Source: Octopus bimaculoides (taxonomy: Eukaryota). Taken from it: 64,000 nt of DNA. A model generated the notes under the pieces. It did no database searches. It was not told the DNA's origin and was given only the letters and a program-made list of their open reading frames with translations. A program made the position numbers and the translations under genes. The stretch is taken from positions 15,712,570 to 15,776,569 of the forward strand of contig NC_068984.1 in the NCBI RefSeq assembly GCF_001194135.2, written 5' to 3'. Shown piece after piece: positions 38,792 through 50,250 of this stretch (within the stretch, counting starts at the first letter, position 1; every line of letters begins with the position of its first letter).

Positions 38792-40638
38792 AGGCTTATT
38801 TCAGTTTCCAGTCACAGGGCTATATTAGAAGGCACTTGCCCAAGGCAGCACACAGCGGCAGTGAACCTGAAGCAAACTGCAGATATTAATAAAATATACT
38901 TCAAAAAATAAAATAAATTTTGTTTTGCAGTGGAGACACGGCTATATGGTTAAGAAGTTTGCTTTACAACCATGTGGTTTTGGGTTCAGTCCCACTTTGC
39001 AGTACCTTGGTCAAGTATCTTTTACTATAGCCCTGATCTGACCAAAGCTTTGTGGGTAGATTTCATAGTTGGAAACTGAAAGAATTCTGTTCTGTGTGTA
39101 TTTTCAATTTCCCTTTTTCCAACATATGTGCTAACTGTAAAACAAATTTCCCTGCCATACAAGTGGTTCTGGCCTTGAAGTTGCAGATCATCCTTTGTGG
39201 TGCAGTCTTCGTTAGGTTAAGGAAAGAGATTACTAGAAAAAAGCAGCAATTATGATAAACATTTGTAGTTTTCATCCCAGGTTTAGTTTTCACAACAGCA
39301 TTCTTTTAGTTACCCTTCAAGCTTTCAAGGCAGACTATGTCATTGCTCGACCTGCTAGACATAGTAGTCAAATTGCTCTCGTATCACACCTTCCATCTAA
39401 AAAAGGAATCTAAGAAAAAAAAAGGTGGGATGGTCATAGCTGGAATGTCTTTGACCATAAATCTTCTTCATCAAGATTAAACAACCATCACCATTTATTC
39501 CTTTCTTATATGAGTTCATTGTTCATCAAGATTTATTGAGAACCAAATCTTTGCTTACATGATTTCTAAATAACTGAATTGGCTTCAATTTTCTTTTGTT
39601 TAACCTTCATATTAAATGTTCTGATTTGTTTTCACAAACCATTAAGTTTACCAAACATTTTATTGGCAAGCCCATCAAATGACTGGCAAAATACTTTATC
39701 ATCATCATCATCATTTAACGTCCGCTTTCCATGCTAGCATGGGTTGGACGATTTGACTGAGGACTGGCAAGCCAGAAGGCTGCACCAGGCTCCAATCTGA
39801 TCTGGCAGAGTTTCTACAGCTGGATGCCCTTCCTAACGCCAACCACTCTGAGAGTGTAGTGGGTGCTTTTACGTGCCACTGGCACGAGGGCCAGTCACAC
39901 GGTACTGGCAATGGCCACGCTCAAAAAGGTGTTTTTTACGTATCACCTGCATGGGAGATAAATCTAAAATTGTCTCATGTATGCCATCATATTTTGTATC
40001 TAATCTAAACAGCTACTTATTCATTTTAACTCTAAAGATTTTCCTAGGACCTTTTTATTTTTATTTCATTAGCATTTGTTCTCTGTAATTTTCCCTTTGC
40101 TATGATATATTCCCTTTCAATTTGTAATTGCTAATCAAAAATTATTCAGTTAGTTATCAAGCAAACAGCTACTTACATGGTTTAATTAAAACTAACTTAA
40201 TAATTAAGTTCATCTCTACTGACTCTCTCTCTGAAACTTAGCAATTCTAGGAGGAAGTTTTGTCTTTTTGGCATTTTGCTTTCCACACAACCGATCTCTA
40301 TAAAGAGCATTTGTGTCACCTTGTTTTATCCAAAATCTTTAACACTTTACCATTTAATCCAGCCCAAATATTCCACCTGTTTTATGTTAAAATTGACCAG
40401 ATCTAACCTCTCACACCTAACCTACAATGTCATTTTAAAAATATACAAAACACTGTTGAAATCTTGAAGCTACAAGATAATGCATTATTAATACAAAACA
40501 ATGTGAATAAATAAATGTTATATTTGACAAAGAAATCTGAATGCTGAAGGGTTAAAAGAAATCTCTTGTAATAATATTTTCTTTCGATTGAGGATGAGTT
40601 ATTTAGGGATACATATTACCTGGACATGGGGACAGCAG

Positions 40639-40675
<37 letters not shown>

Positions 40676-40885
40676 CTCTCTTTCTCTCTCTCTCTCTCTT
40701 AATCTTGCAAAATAAGTTAATAGGGAGGACTTCTGCTTTTTGAACAAAATTGTTGTTGGTGGCAATACAAATTTTGTCATATTGTTGGTGTTAGGAAGGT
40801 GTCAATATATATTAAAATATTATATAAATTACATGTTTTCTTCTGTTACATATTTACATATTCTTCTTTTTTTTCTTTTTTACAG

Positions 40886-41308
40886 AACCAACTAGAAAAA
40901 TCAGGACTACAAAAGGATAATTGTAAAGAAAATGGTAGTGTTGCTTCAGATGATATTTGCTTAAGTGACTCTGGTTATTCAGCTGATGGAAGTGCTGTGT
41001 GTGATCTTTCTCGTCAGGTTAGTCACCGAGGAAGTACAGACACGATTTCTAATACTACCAATTTATTAGACATCAACCAGATGAGTGATCCAAGTAGCAA
41101 ATCCACAACAGTGTCCTCACCAGAAGTTGAAAGCAATGAGGTAGAAGACGAGGAAAGTTCTGAAAGTGATGGAAACAGTTCACCGTTATCTTTAAATAAA
41201 GAAAGATTATCTATGATTTTAGACAATGTACGTCGGTTATCTGTCGAAGATACATTTGATAGTACTGACTTTGATAGTGAGAACCAAACAAATTCTGACT
41301 TAAAATAA
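40886..41308 (+). CDS. Terminal coding exon K (Ser/Asp/Glu-rich tail, TAA stop)
   Basis: Pyrimidine tract, ttacag|AACCAA; 423 nt open frame NQLEKSGLQKDNC...ENQTNSDLK*; phase 0 matches exon J. Confidence 0.88.
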   Translation, partial: NQLEKSGLQKDNCKENGSVASDDICLSDSGYSADGSAVCDLSRQVSHRGSTDTISNTTNLLDINQMSDPSSKSTTVSSPEVESNEVEDEESSESDGNSSPLSLNKERLSMILDNVRRLSVEDTFDSTDFDSENQTNSDLK

Positions 41309-42135
41309 TGCAATTTTAGGTAATATATTTTGAAATGTATAGAATCTATTTTTGTATATACTGGATTTTTAGAATGATTCAGAACTACCGGCTCTATTAT
41401 TCATTTCCACAATTATTCACAAACATTTTGAATAATTATTTACTTCAAAAAGTCTTTGGAGTAAAAATATGCAAAACTTTTTTTAGAGCTGATAAGAAAA
41501 TCTTTTAAGTTTTTGGTTAACATCTGTCTTACATAGACATCATTCCAATCTGAAATTATTATTTTTTTTTTATTTCCACATTCATTTATTCCTCTTTTGT
41601 TACTGCCGGTTGTATAGTTCTGTAACTTTAAACATTTTCGTTAATTTTTGGAGTAAATGAATTTTTAGTTTAATGTCATAACATTTCATGAAGCAAGAAT
41701 GATACTTTGCTTTCTTGCAAAGTATAAACTGAACCAAACAGAGGAATGTACTTAAATTAAGGGTATAACGTAATGATTGAGATAAGATATTAAGTGATCA
41801 TCTATAATAGTTCAGGAAAATGTTGAGAACTTTAACTAACTACAGTATAAGTGAGTTATTCAAGAATGTGGGTTTAACTTTTTCACTTCCATCAAATCAC
41901 AGACCATCTTTTATTAAAGTGGTTTTTATTTAAATTAAGATCTCAACCAAAATCTACTCATTACCAGAATGGTAATGCAAAATTTCCACAGATAGATTTT
42001 TATTTTAATTCAAAAATCAATTTAATATCCCAACAAGTATTATATTTTATTAAACTATTCCAAATTTTAATTATTGTGAAAATTACTTGAAACACATAGG
42101 CTGTCTATCATTTCTAAAATATGATAGCAAAAGCT

Positions 42136-42343
42136 TTAACCCTTTTGATGCCAACCTGTCTGAGACTACTTCTCATTCTCTGATACAAACTTTTTTTTTT
42201 TTTAAGTGATCCAAATTAATCCCTCAAGTATGAAACACCAATTTCATAATAACAAAACTATTTACTAAATTCTTCATTATTTTCAAAATTAATTGAAAGT
42301 AAATCAGTACATTTCAACAGAAATACGGTAACAAAAGGGTTAA
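42136..42343. mobile_element. Second TTAA-flanked MITE family
   Basis: TTAAcccttttgatgcc...ggtaacaaaagggTTAA. Confidence 0.65.
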
Positions 42344-45015
42344 ACTATGGAAAGGCAGCATATGCAACTGTATTTCTCTCTTACAATTTATTTAAAAGTA
42401 TATATTTTCTCTCTTTCGCATTCAAGTGGTACACATTAATAAAAAAACAAAAAAACCCATCCAACTGTAAAATACTGCTCTAACAATTTATACAAAATGT
42501 TTAACCTTGCAGAACCATTCATTGCTAAATCCAAACCTAGTTTTAAAATATGTATTTATTGAGCATTATCAAAAAAAAAAATCATATACTGATAATATAT
42601 TTACCTTGCATTGTTATTTCATTGATTGTAATTATTATAAATTAGAATGCAATTTGTTCTCTAATTGGAACATTATGATGCAGGGAAAGTTATTGAAATC
42701 GAATCTACAGTTCAGTTTCGATCCACCGTTTAGAGGAGTTTACTTATACAAGTACAACCTCAATTTTCTGGTACCTTTGTTTCCAAAGCCTTTCCAGATG
42801 ACTGATGTTTTTGAACCAGGCAATGTCACTGCTAAATTAAACAAATATTAAATTTACTTAATTAATTAAAGGAAATGTAGGTACATGTACATTAGTATAA
42901 AAGACACAAGTTTATTAATATTGTACTGTGTCAGGTACTGTAAAGCAGGACCGCCCAGTAAACTTGTCTGGTGGTCGTAGGAATTTGAAGTTCCTACTCA
43001 TAAATTAGTGTGGACCATCAGTGTCCAGAAAATTGGTGTTGTACTTGTATCACTAAAGCCTTTTGGAAAGACATGTATGTTGTATACATCATGTCTTCTT
43101 TCTATGAGGATTCATTATTTGTTCATTGTGTTTATTCAGATTTCCAAAAATGCTTTTAAAGATTTGTTATAAGACTTTATAGTGTCCAAAATCATCTCAG
43201 GTTTATTAATGAATTACAATGTCTTTTATGAAAGGGCCTTCAAATCTAAAAATAATTTTCGTTTCATCAACACAGCAACTTGTGATTTATCTGCCTGTAA
43301 ATATTTGAAGTTGAGACACTCTAAAATAGATTTGAGCTTTTTTTATCAATTCCTGTAAATATGATATTAGAATGTTTACTGTTTAAACTGAATTGGTATA
43401 TGGTTGTTTACTTTTACAACTGTCAACTGAACTGTCAATAAGTATATGGTTAATTTAATGAGCTTGGATTGTGAAAACAGTTTTAGATTGGTTCATCAGA
43501 GGAGATTATATAACCTAAGCATACAAAAAAAAAGTTGGGTGAGGAAAATTTCCCCCCTACCAATCTTAGATAAAAACATTTTTTTTTTTTTATGAGTACT
43601 TCTCTATTGTGTTTGCTATGAATATAGCAGTTGTCTGTGATAGTGAGGGTCTTCAGTGAATGGCCCCTTTGTCATGTTAGTGATATTAAGATTGGCAAAG
43701 ATATTTCATTGAAACTCAGAGAAAAAGATAAAGAGTTTTGTGATAATATAAAGTTATGGTTCATAAAATTTCTATAACAAAAAAAAACAAAATATAGTTC
43801 AAAATTATCTGAGAGATAATTATGAATTTATATACAATAATTATGTACATAGTTACACATACATATAACTTAATACACAGGAAAAACTGTTATATAGAAA
43901 ATTATTAAGTAGTTGTAGAAATGCTTATGTTGAATGAAACAGGGTGTGTAAACAATTATCATCTAAGCAGTAGAGTTTATTAAAGGATTACTGACCTGAA
44001 ACTTCATGTCAACCAATGTGTAATGTTTGTTATTATTTTATTTGGGAATTTAGATTGCAAGCTGGCAAAATTGTTAAAGCATAAGAGAAAAATACTTTGT
44101 GGTATTTCCTCTGACCCATAATGTTCTGAGCTGAAATGCTGTCAAAGTCAACTTTGCCTTTCATCCTTTCAATGTTGATAAAATTAGCACCAGTTGAGCG
44201 CTGGGGTCAATGTGATCAATTTCCCCTCTTCCCTCATAACTGCTGGCCTTATGCCAAAAATTAGAAAGAAATTTTTTTTTATTTGAAAATTATTTCAAAA
44301 TATTGTTAACTACTTTTTGTTGGTTTGTATTATTAATATGATATTTATTTATTTTGCCAAATATTTCTCATGAGGTAATTAAGTTTAACATTCTTGGTGT
44401 ATATACATATGTGTATATATACGTGTACACACCTAGTAAAAATGTTTGTGGCAGGGTTGGGAATGGGTGGGGTCTTTTTGAACTGTTTTATATTCCTCTG
44501 TGTATACTATTTTCTCTTCCTTCTGATCTTAATGTTCTTTTTTTAGGATATAATTTTAGTTAAAAATGTATTTATTCAAAATGTTAACCCAGTGAAAATA
44601 AAATAAAAATCTAAATGTAATTTATTTTATTACATTAATCTAAATACAGTTTATTTTATTACAGTTTTACCAGATTTATATGATAACTGAAATTAATTAA
44701 GCAAACCATAGAATTTGTGTTGTTCTTTTGATAGTCCAAGATAGGATTTGAAAATACATAGATTTTGTTTTATTCGGCCATATCATTGTAACATGTTTTC
44801 CATTTTCACAACAAAAATATTTGAAATATATTGATTCATAATATAACCTTGTATAGGCCATGTGGTTAACAATCTTGCTTTGTAACCACATGGTTTCTGG
44901 TTCAGTCCCACTACATGGTGCCTTGGGCAAGTGTCTTCCACTACAGCCCTGAGCCAACCAATGCCCTGCAGGTGAGCTTTGTGTGCGCATGTGTGTGTGT
45001 GTATGTATATATATA

Positions 45016-46625
45016 CAGGCATACCTCAGCTTAAGTCGTTTCGATTTAAGTTGTTCTCAATTATACATTGGTTTTCAAAAATAATATATATATGGAAGAA
45101 AAAAATCAAGTTAAGTCATTTTACTCAACTTTACAAATATTGTCACAAATATTGGAATTGTAAAATCACTAGAAAACCATTAAAAGCACATAAAATCATG
45201 TTGCTGTACAATAAATAAGAATAAAAGCATATAAAATCATATTAAAATACGTACAGTAAATGTTAAGATACACACCATAAAGTAGTGTAGCTTAATGAAC
45301 GAAATCATGAAACCGGCTGTGTTGTCTTATTTATTGGTCTTTCAGAGCTCATATTGCACTGTACTTTCAATATTTACTGTTAGGCCTCGTTGTCACTCAT
45401 GATTCCTGCGATTGCTTTGAATTCAGATTTGTTTAAGTCTGTTTATCAGCTGCTTTCTCACTTTATTTTTTGCCCCCATGGCTCCTAAGAAAATTCATAG
45501 TGAAATAATTGCTATCTTCACGCATTAATATATGAAGCGTATGCTGTGGCAAGCAATAACTGCAACTGATTTTGATTAATCCATCACACTTCATGACTTT
45601 TGGAAGAGATACGATATCTACAAAGCTGTTCAGAACAGAGCAGCAGCAGCATGAAATGATGTACAGAGTATGGCTTTGGTTGGTGTATGGAAGAAGCTAT
45701 GCCTGCAATTCGTGAATGATTTTAAAGGGTTTGATAATATTGCCATCAACAAAACATTGGTGACTATGAGCAAAGAAATGGATTTGGAGGAGGAAGAGGA
45801 TTTCACAGATTTATTTGTAAAAGACAACAAGCAGCCCTTGATGAACGAGGATTTGATAGAACTTCATGAGCAGCAAAATAAAGAAGAGGAAGTTGAACCT
45901 GAGCCACATCACTTTACCATTAAGAAAATGCAGCAAGCATTTGCATATATCGAAAAAGGTCTTTCTATGTTTGAGGATATGGATCCATCCAAATGCTCAA
46001 CACTTTTCCAAGCTTATTGGGGGGCTTGTCACAAAGCTTTGGCTCCTTATAATGTAATCCTTGAGAAAAAGAAAAAGACAGTTCAAGGAACTCTCAACTG
46101 GTTTTTTAAGTGCATCGAACAACAAGAACAGCCAGAGTCGGCTGTTGATGATCTGCAATGTAAACCACCAAATTGTATGTACATATTGGTAAATTTAAAA
46201 TAGTTTATTTTTGTTTACTATTGCAAAATAATAATAATTACTGAATTTGTTTTTTAAGCTTAAAAAAGGCTTTTATTTCACCATGTCTTATTGCAATCTG
46301 CATTCATGAATAAAGCATCTGCAATGTACGGTAAACACTACCAAATTTTATTTGTAAATTTAGATTACATTTTTGTTAGTGTATTGTATTAAAAAATAAA
46401 AGTTATTTGTTTGTAAGCTTGAAATAGGTTTTTATTAACCCTGTATTATTGAAAATGCATTCATAAATAAAGTACAGGACTGGGAATGGTTATTATTGGT
46501 TTAACTTAGAGACAAGTAAATTCAACCTAGTCTAGCCTAGAGACAAGTTAATTCGACTTGAGTTATTTTGTGATGGAAGTAGTGTTTCCTGGAACCAATT
46601 AGCAACGTAGGGTGCGGTATGCCTG
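45016..46625 (+). mobile_element. Tigger/pogo DNA transposon, internally deleted
   Basis: caggcatacc termini; decayed DFWKRYDIYKAVQN and ORF 45670-46203 GVWKKLCLQFVNDFKGF...EDLIEL, typical of the Tigger/TIGD1 C-terminus. Confidence 0.8.
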
Positions 46626-47932
46626 GGCCTCACAGAGGCAATGACAGGAGACCGAAACCTTTGGAGATATGATGTGATTGAAAAGATCCGGCAACTAAAA
46701 GTGAGATTGCAGCCATGGCCAATGCCAGTGTTGCATGTCCGGCCCATTTAAGAGTACCCTTTATGCGTCGGTTGATATGATATGCTTGAGAAGACCTGTT
46801 GAGAAGAATCGTTGCTGTGGCCAGTGCTACCTGACTGGCTCCCGTTCTGGTGGCATGTAAAATGCATCATCTGAATGTGGTCGATGCCAGTGTACCCTGA
46901 CTGGCTCCTGTGCTGGTGGCATGTAAAAAGCACCATTTGAACGTGGTTGATACCAGGCCTGCCTGACTGGCTCCTGTGCTGATGGCACATAAAAAGCACC
47001 CACTACACTCTTGGAGTAGTTGGCATTAGGAAGGGCATCCAACTGTAGAATCCTTGCCAGAGCAGATTGGAGCCTGGTGCAGCCACTGGCTCGCCAGACC
47101 TCAGTCAAACTGTCCAACAACCCATGCCAGCATGGAAAACAGACATTAAACGATGATGATGGATGCACATGTATGTGCATATATGTGTGTGTGTGTGTGT
47201 GTTTTATCCCCCACTTTGCTGGACAACCTATGTTGATTTGTTTACACCAGACTTAAAGATAATACTGCTGTCCATGTATTTGATTAATCCCTCCAAGGCA
47301 GTGCCCCAACATGGCCAAAGTCCAGTGAAAGAAACAACTAAATGATAAAAGAAAAAGGAGAAAAAAGTGTATAGGATATATATTGCTACATGCAGTAAGC
47401 CATCTGTGTGTATGTGAGAGTGAGTGTGTGAGTGAGAATGTGTGAGAGTGAGTGTATGTGTGAAAATGTGTGAGTGAGTGTGTGTGTGTGAGTTGTGTTA
47501 ATAAAAAAGCAAGAGAAATTGATCCGTTACAGAAAGAAAACACTCATTAGTCTTGTTGCTGATGACATATCTCGTACTTGTAGCATGCTAGTGGTGAGGG
47601 AAATAAAAAACATCTGTCTGTAAAAGCCATATCACAGACATTGTAAGAGCCACCTAATTCATGCCAATATAGAACATGATGGGAATATATTGTTGTATCT
47701 GAGAAGGGTGTCATTATGGCAATAATAAATGGTTCTAATTCCCATCTTTTATTATTATTGTTAAGCGCAGACACGGCTGAGCGGTAAGAAGTTTGCATCC
47801 CAACCACATAGTTCTGAGTTCTGTCCCACTGTGTGGCACCTTAGGCAAATGTCTTCTATTATAACCTCAGGCTGACTAAAGTTTTGTGAGTGGATTTGAT
47901 TGATGGAAACTGAAAGAAGCCTGTCATGTGTA

Positions 47933-47965
<33 letters not shown>

Positions 47966-48829
47966 AATATATATATGTCTTTGTATGTTTTTGTCCCCCA
48001 CTTCTGTTTGACAGCTAGTGTTGGTGGGTTTACATCCCTGTAACTTAGCAGTTCGGTAAAAGAAACCAATAGAATAAGTACCTAGCTTTAAAAAAATTAA
48101 GTACTGCGGTCTATTTTTTGACTAAAATTCATCAAGATGGTGCCCCAGTGTGGCCAGAGTCTAATGACTGAAACAAGTAAAAAATAAAAAGATTAGCTAA
48201 TTGGTTAATCGTTTAGTTGATCAGTTAATCAGCTAGATTTGTCAAAGTGCTTTTGTTGCCATTCATGAGTTCATCAACGACACATCCTCTCTACTCTGGG
48301 TCTGTTTCAGTTTCATCTATATCAGTGGTTCCCAAAGTGGGTGGTATTGCCTCCTTGGGGGCAGTGGAAAGTTCCAAGGGAACTTTGAAGAAAAGTGGGG
48401 TGATAAATGGGGTAGCGATTCATGTAAAAACAACAAAATAATGGGTTTCTTTACGTTAAGTTACATTTGTGAAACACAGTTGCTTTAAATTTGCTTCAGA
48501 GAGAGGTCTTTGTTTGTGATGGTTAGTTAGGATGGGGGCTCGAGGAATGTGGCCTAGGTGTCAAGGGGGCAGCAGCCTGAAAATGTTTGGGAGCCGCTGA
48601 TTTATATCATCATCATTTTACTTTGGTTTCTCTTCTCTGGCATGTGTTGGATTCATCATCACAATTCATGTTAATTGTTAGATGGTGTTACTGCCCTTCA
48701 AGGTAAGTTAAGGGTCACTTTTCATGTTTTGGTTTTGGTATATTGTTTCTATTTTCTAGACACCTTTACTAATTATTACCAACCACTTTATAGAAACACA
48801 TTTCTATATTTAAGAGATGAGGAATTCTG

Positions 48830-49086
48830 TACATTATTTACATTCGATGGATATTTGTCCTCATCTTGTTTGTTAACACAACATTTCGGCTGATATACCC
48901 TCCAGCTTTCTTCAGGTGTTTTGGGGAAATTTTGAACCTGGGTTCTCATTCCTAAGGTATTTTTGATGTTATTATTATTATTTTATTATTATTATTATTA
49001 GTGTTCAGGTCACTGCTTGGAATTGAACTCGGAATCTTGGGGTTAGTAGCCCACGCTCTTAACCACTACACCATATGCCCACGGGC
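48830..49086 (-). mobile_element. tRNA-headed small retroelement with hammerhead-ribozyme (Penelope-like) tail, copy 1
   Basis: Minus strand: A-box tggtgtagtggtt, stem-loop gggCTACTAAccc, B-box gagttcaattcc, (AAT)n, then a tail containing CTGAAGA...GAAA. Confidence 0.7.
48875..48920 (-). ncRNA. Minimal type I hammerhead ribozyme motif (HHR1)
   Basis: AACAC-CUGAAGA-A-AGCUG-gaggguauau-CAGCC-GAAA-U-GUU-GUGUU; stem I AACAC/GUGUU; C-to-U change in the GAAAC-GUU palindrome. Confidence 0.6.
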
Positions 49087-49160
49087 ATATGGCATATAAT
49101 AATAATAACAACATCGAAAAATACCTTAGGAATGAGAACCCAGGTTCAAAATTTCCCCAA

Positions 49161-49202
49161 AACACCTGAAGAAGGCTGGATGGTATATCAGCTGAAATGT
49201 TG
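49161..49202 (+). ncRNA. Minimal hammerhead motif (HHR2) in an inverted partial copy, 3' stem I truncated
   Basis: AACAC-CUGAAGA-A-GGCUG-gaugguauau-CAGCU-GAAA-U-GUU-G. Confidence 0.5.
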
Positions 49203-49203
49203 G

Positions 49204-49761
49204 GATCTTTTTTAAAACGGGGGCCACATTTTTCATTAACNNNNNNNNNNTCATGTAAAAAATTGTCTTATTTCGATAATTTCAACCAATCACTGACAAG
49301 TATTCAGTTGTTTATATTTACTCCTTTGGCTGATTAAGCGATGTAAAGCGTATTTAATCTCCATACCTTCGTTTTATTTACTTTTTTCATTTTAAATTTG
49401 CTTTAACCCTAACCCTAGGGTTTAACTTAGAGACAAGTAAATTCAACTTAGTCTAGCCTAGAGACAAGTTAATTCGACTTGAGTTATTTTGTGATGGAAG
49501 TAGTGTTTCCTGGAACCAATTAGCAACGTTCAGAATCGTTTGTTTATGTAGTCGGCACTTAATGTATATCGGCTGAATGGACGTCAGTGATTGGTTGAAA
49601 TTACAGAAATACGACAACTTTCACATGGAATAACTTATGGATTTCTTTTTTTTTTAAGAAGACTAAGAGAAAAAGATGTTTTATATGACACATTCTACCA
49701 GTGTTCCAAGTTTCAAAGTGTTTCGTTAATGAAAAATGTGGCCCCCATTTTAAAAAAGATC
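49204..49761. mobile_element. Non-autonomous inverted-repeat element (MITE/HINE-like) containing a Tigger-end fragment
   Basis: 37-bp IR with 1 mismatch (49204-49240 / 49725-49761); internal 19-bp IR atttcaaccaatcactgac; contains a 10-N gap. Confidence 0.5.
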
Positions 49762-50013
49762 AGAAGGAATTACTATAGTTATTATATGGTGGCAAATTGA
49801 CAGAATTGTTAGCATATCAGACAAAATACTTAGCAATATATCTTGTGGCTCTTTATGTTCTGAGTTCAAATCCTGCCGAGGTTGACTTTGCCTTTCATTC
49901 TTTTGGAATCAATGAAATAAAGTATCAATCAACTATCAGGAGTCAATTTAATTGACTAACACCCCACTTCAAATTGCTTGTCTTATGCCTGGTAGAATCA
50001 TTAGCACAGTATT

Positions 50014-50250
50014 TACATTATTTACATTTGATGGATATTTGTCCTCATCATGTTTGTTGTTAACACAACATTTCAGCTGATACACCCTCCAGCCTTCATC
50101 AGGTATCTTGGGGAAATTTTGAACCTAGGTTCTCATTCCTAAGGTATTTTTCAATATTATTATTATTATTATTATTCAGGTGACTGCCTGGAATCGGACC
50201 CAGAATCTTGGGGTTAGTAGCCCGCACTCTTAACCACTATGCCACATGCC
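50014..50250 (-). mobile_element. tRNA-headed hammerhead-tailed element, copy 3 (HHR3 at 50062-50107)
   Basis: Same layout as 48830-49086; core GAUAC-CUGAUGA-A-GGCUG-gaggguguau-CAGCU-GAAA-U-GUU-GUGUU. Confidence 0.65.

Noticed and set aside
40960-40990. DSGYS as a beta-TrCP phosphodegron
   Set aside because: The sequence is DSGYSA and lacks the second Ser of DSGxxS.
42650-43400. Possible decayed piggyBac transposase (VDET, KPEMILD..YNK on the minus strand)
   Set aside because: The motifs are short, in different frames and not in a convincing order; cannot be supported without a profile search.
48990-49086. tRNA-like heads (here and in SINE families A, C, D) as true tRNA genes
   Set aside because: No complete acceptor stem or terminator; each is fused to a repeat body.
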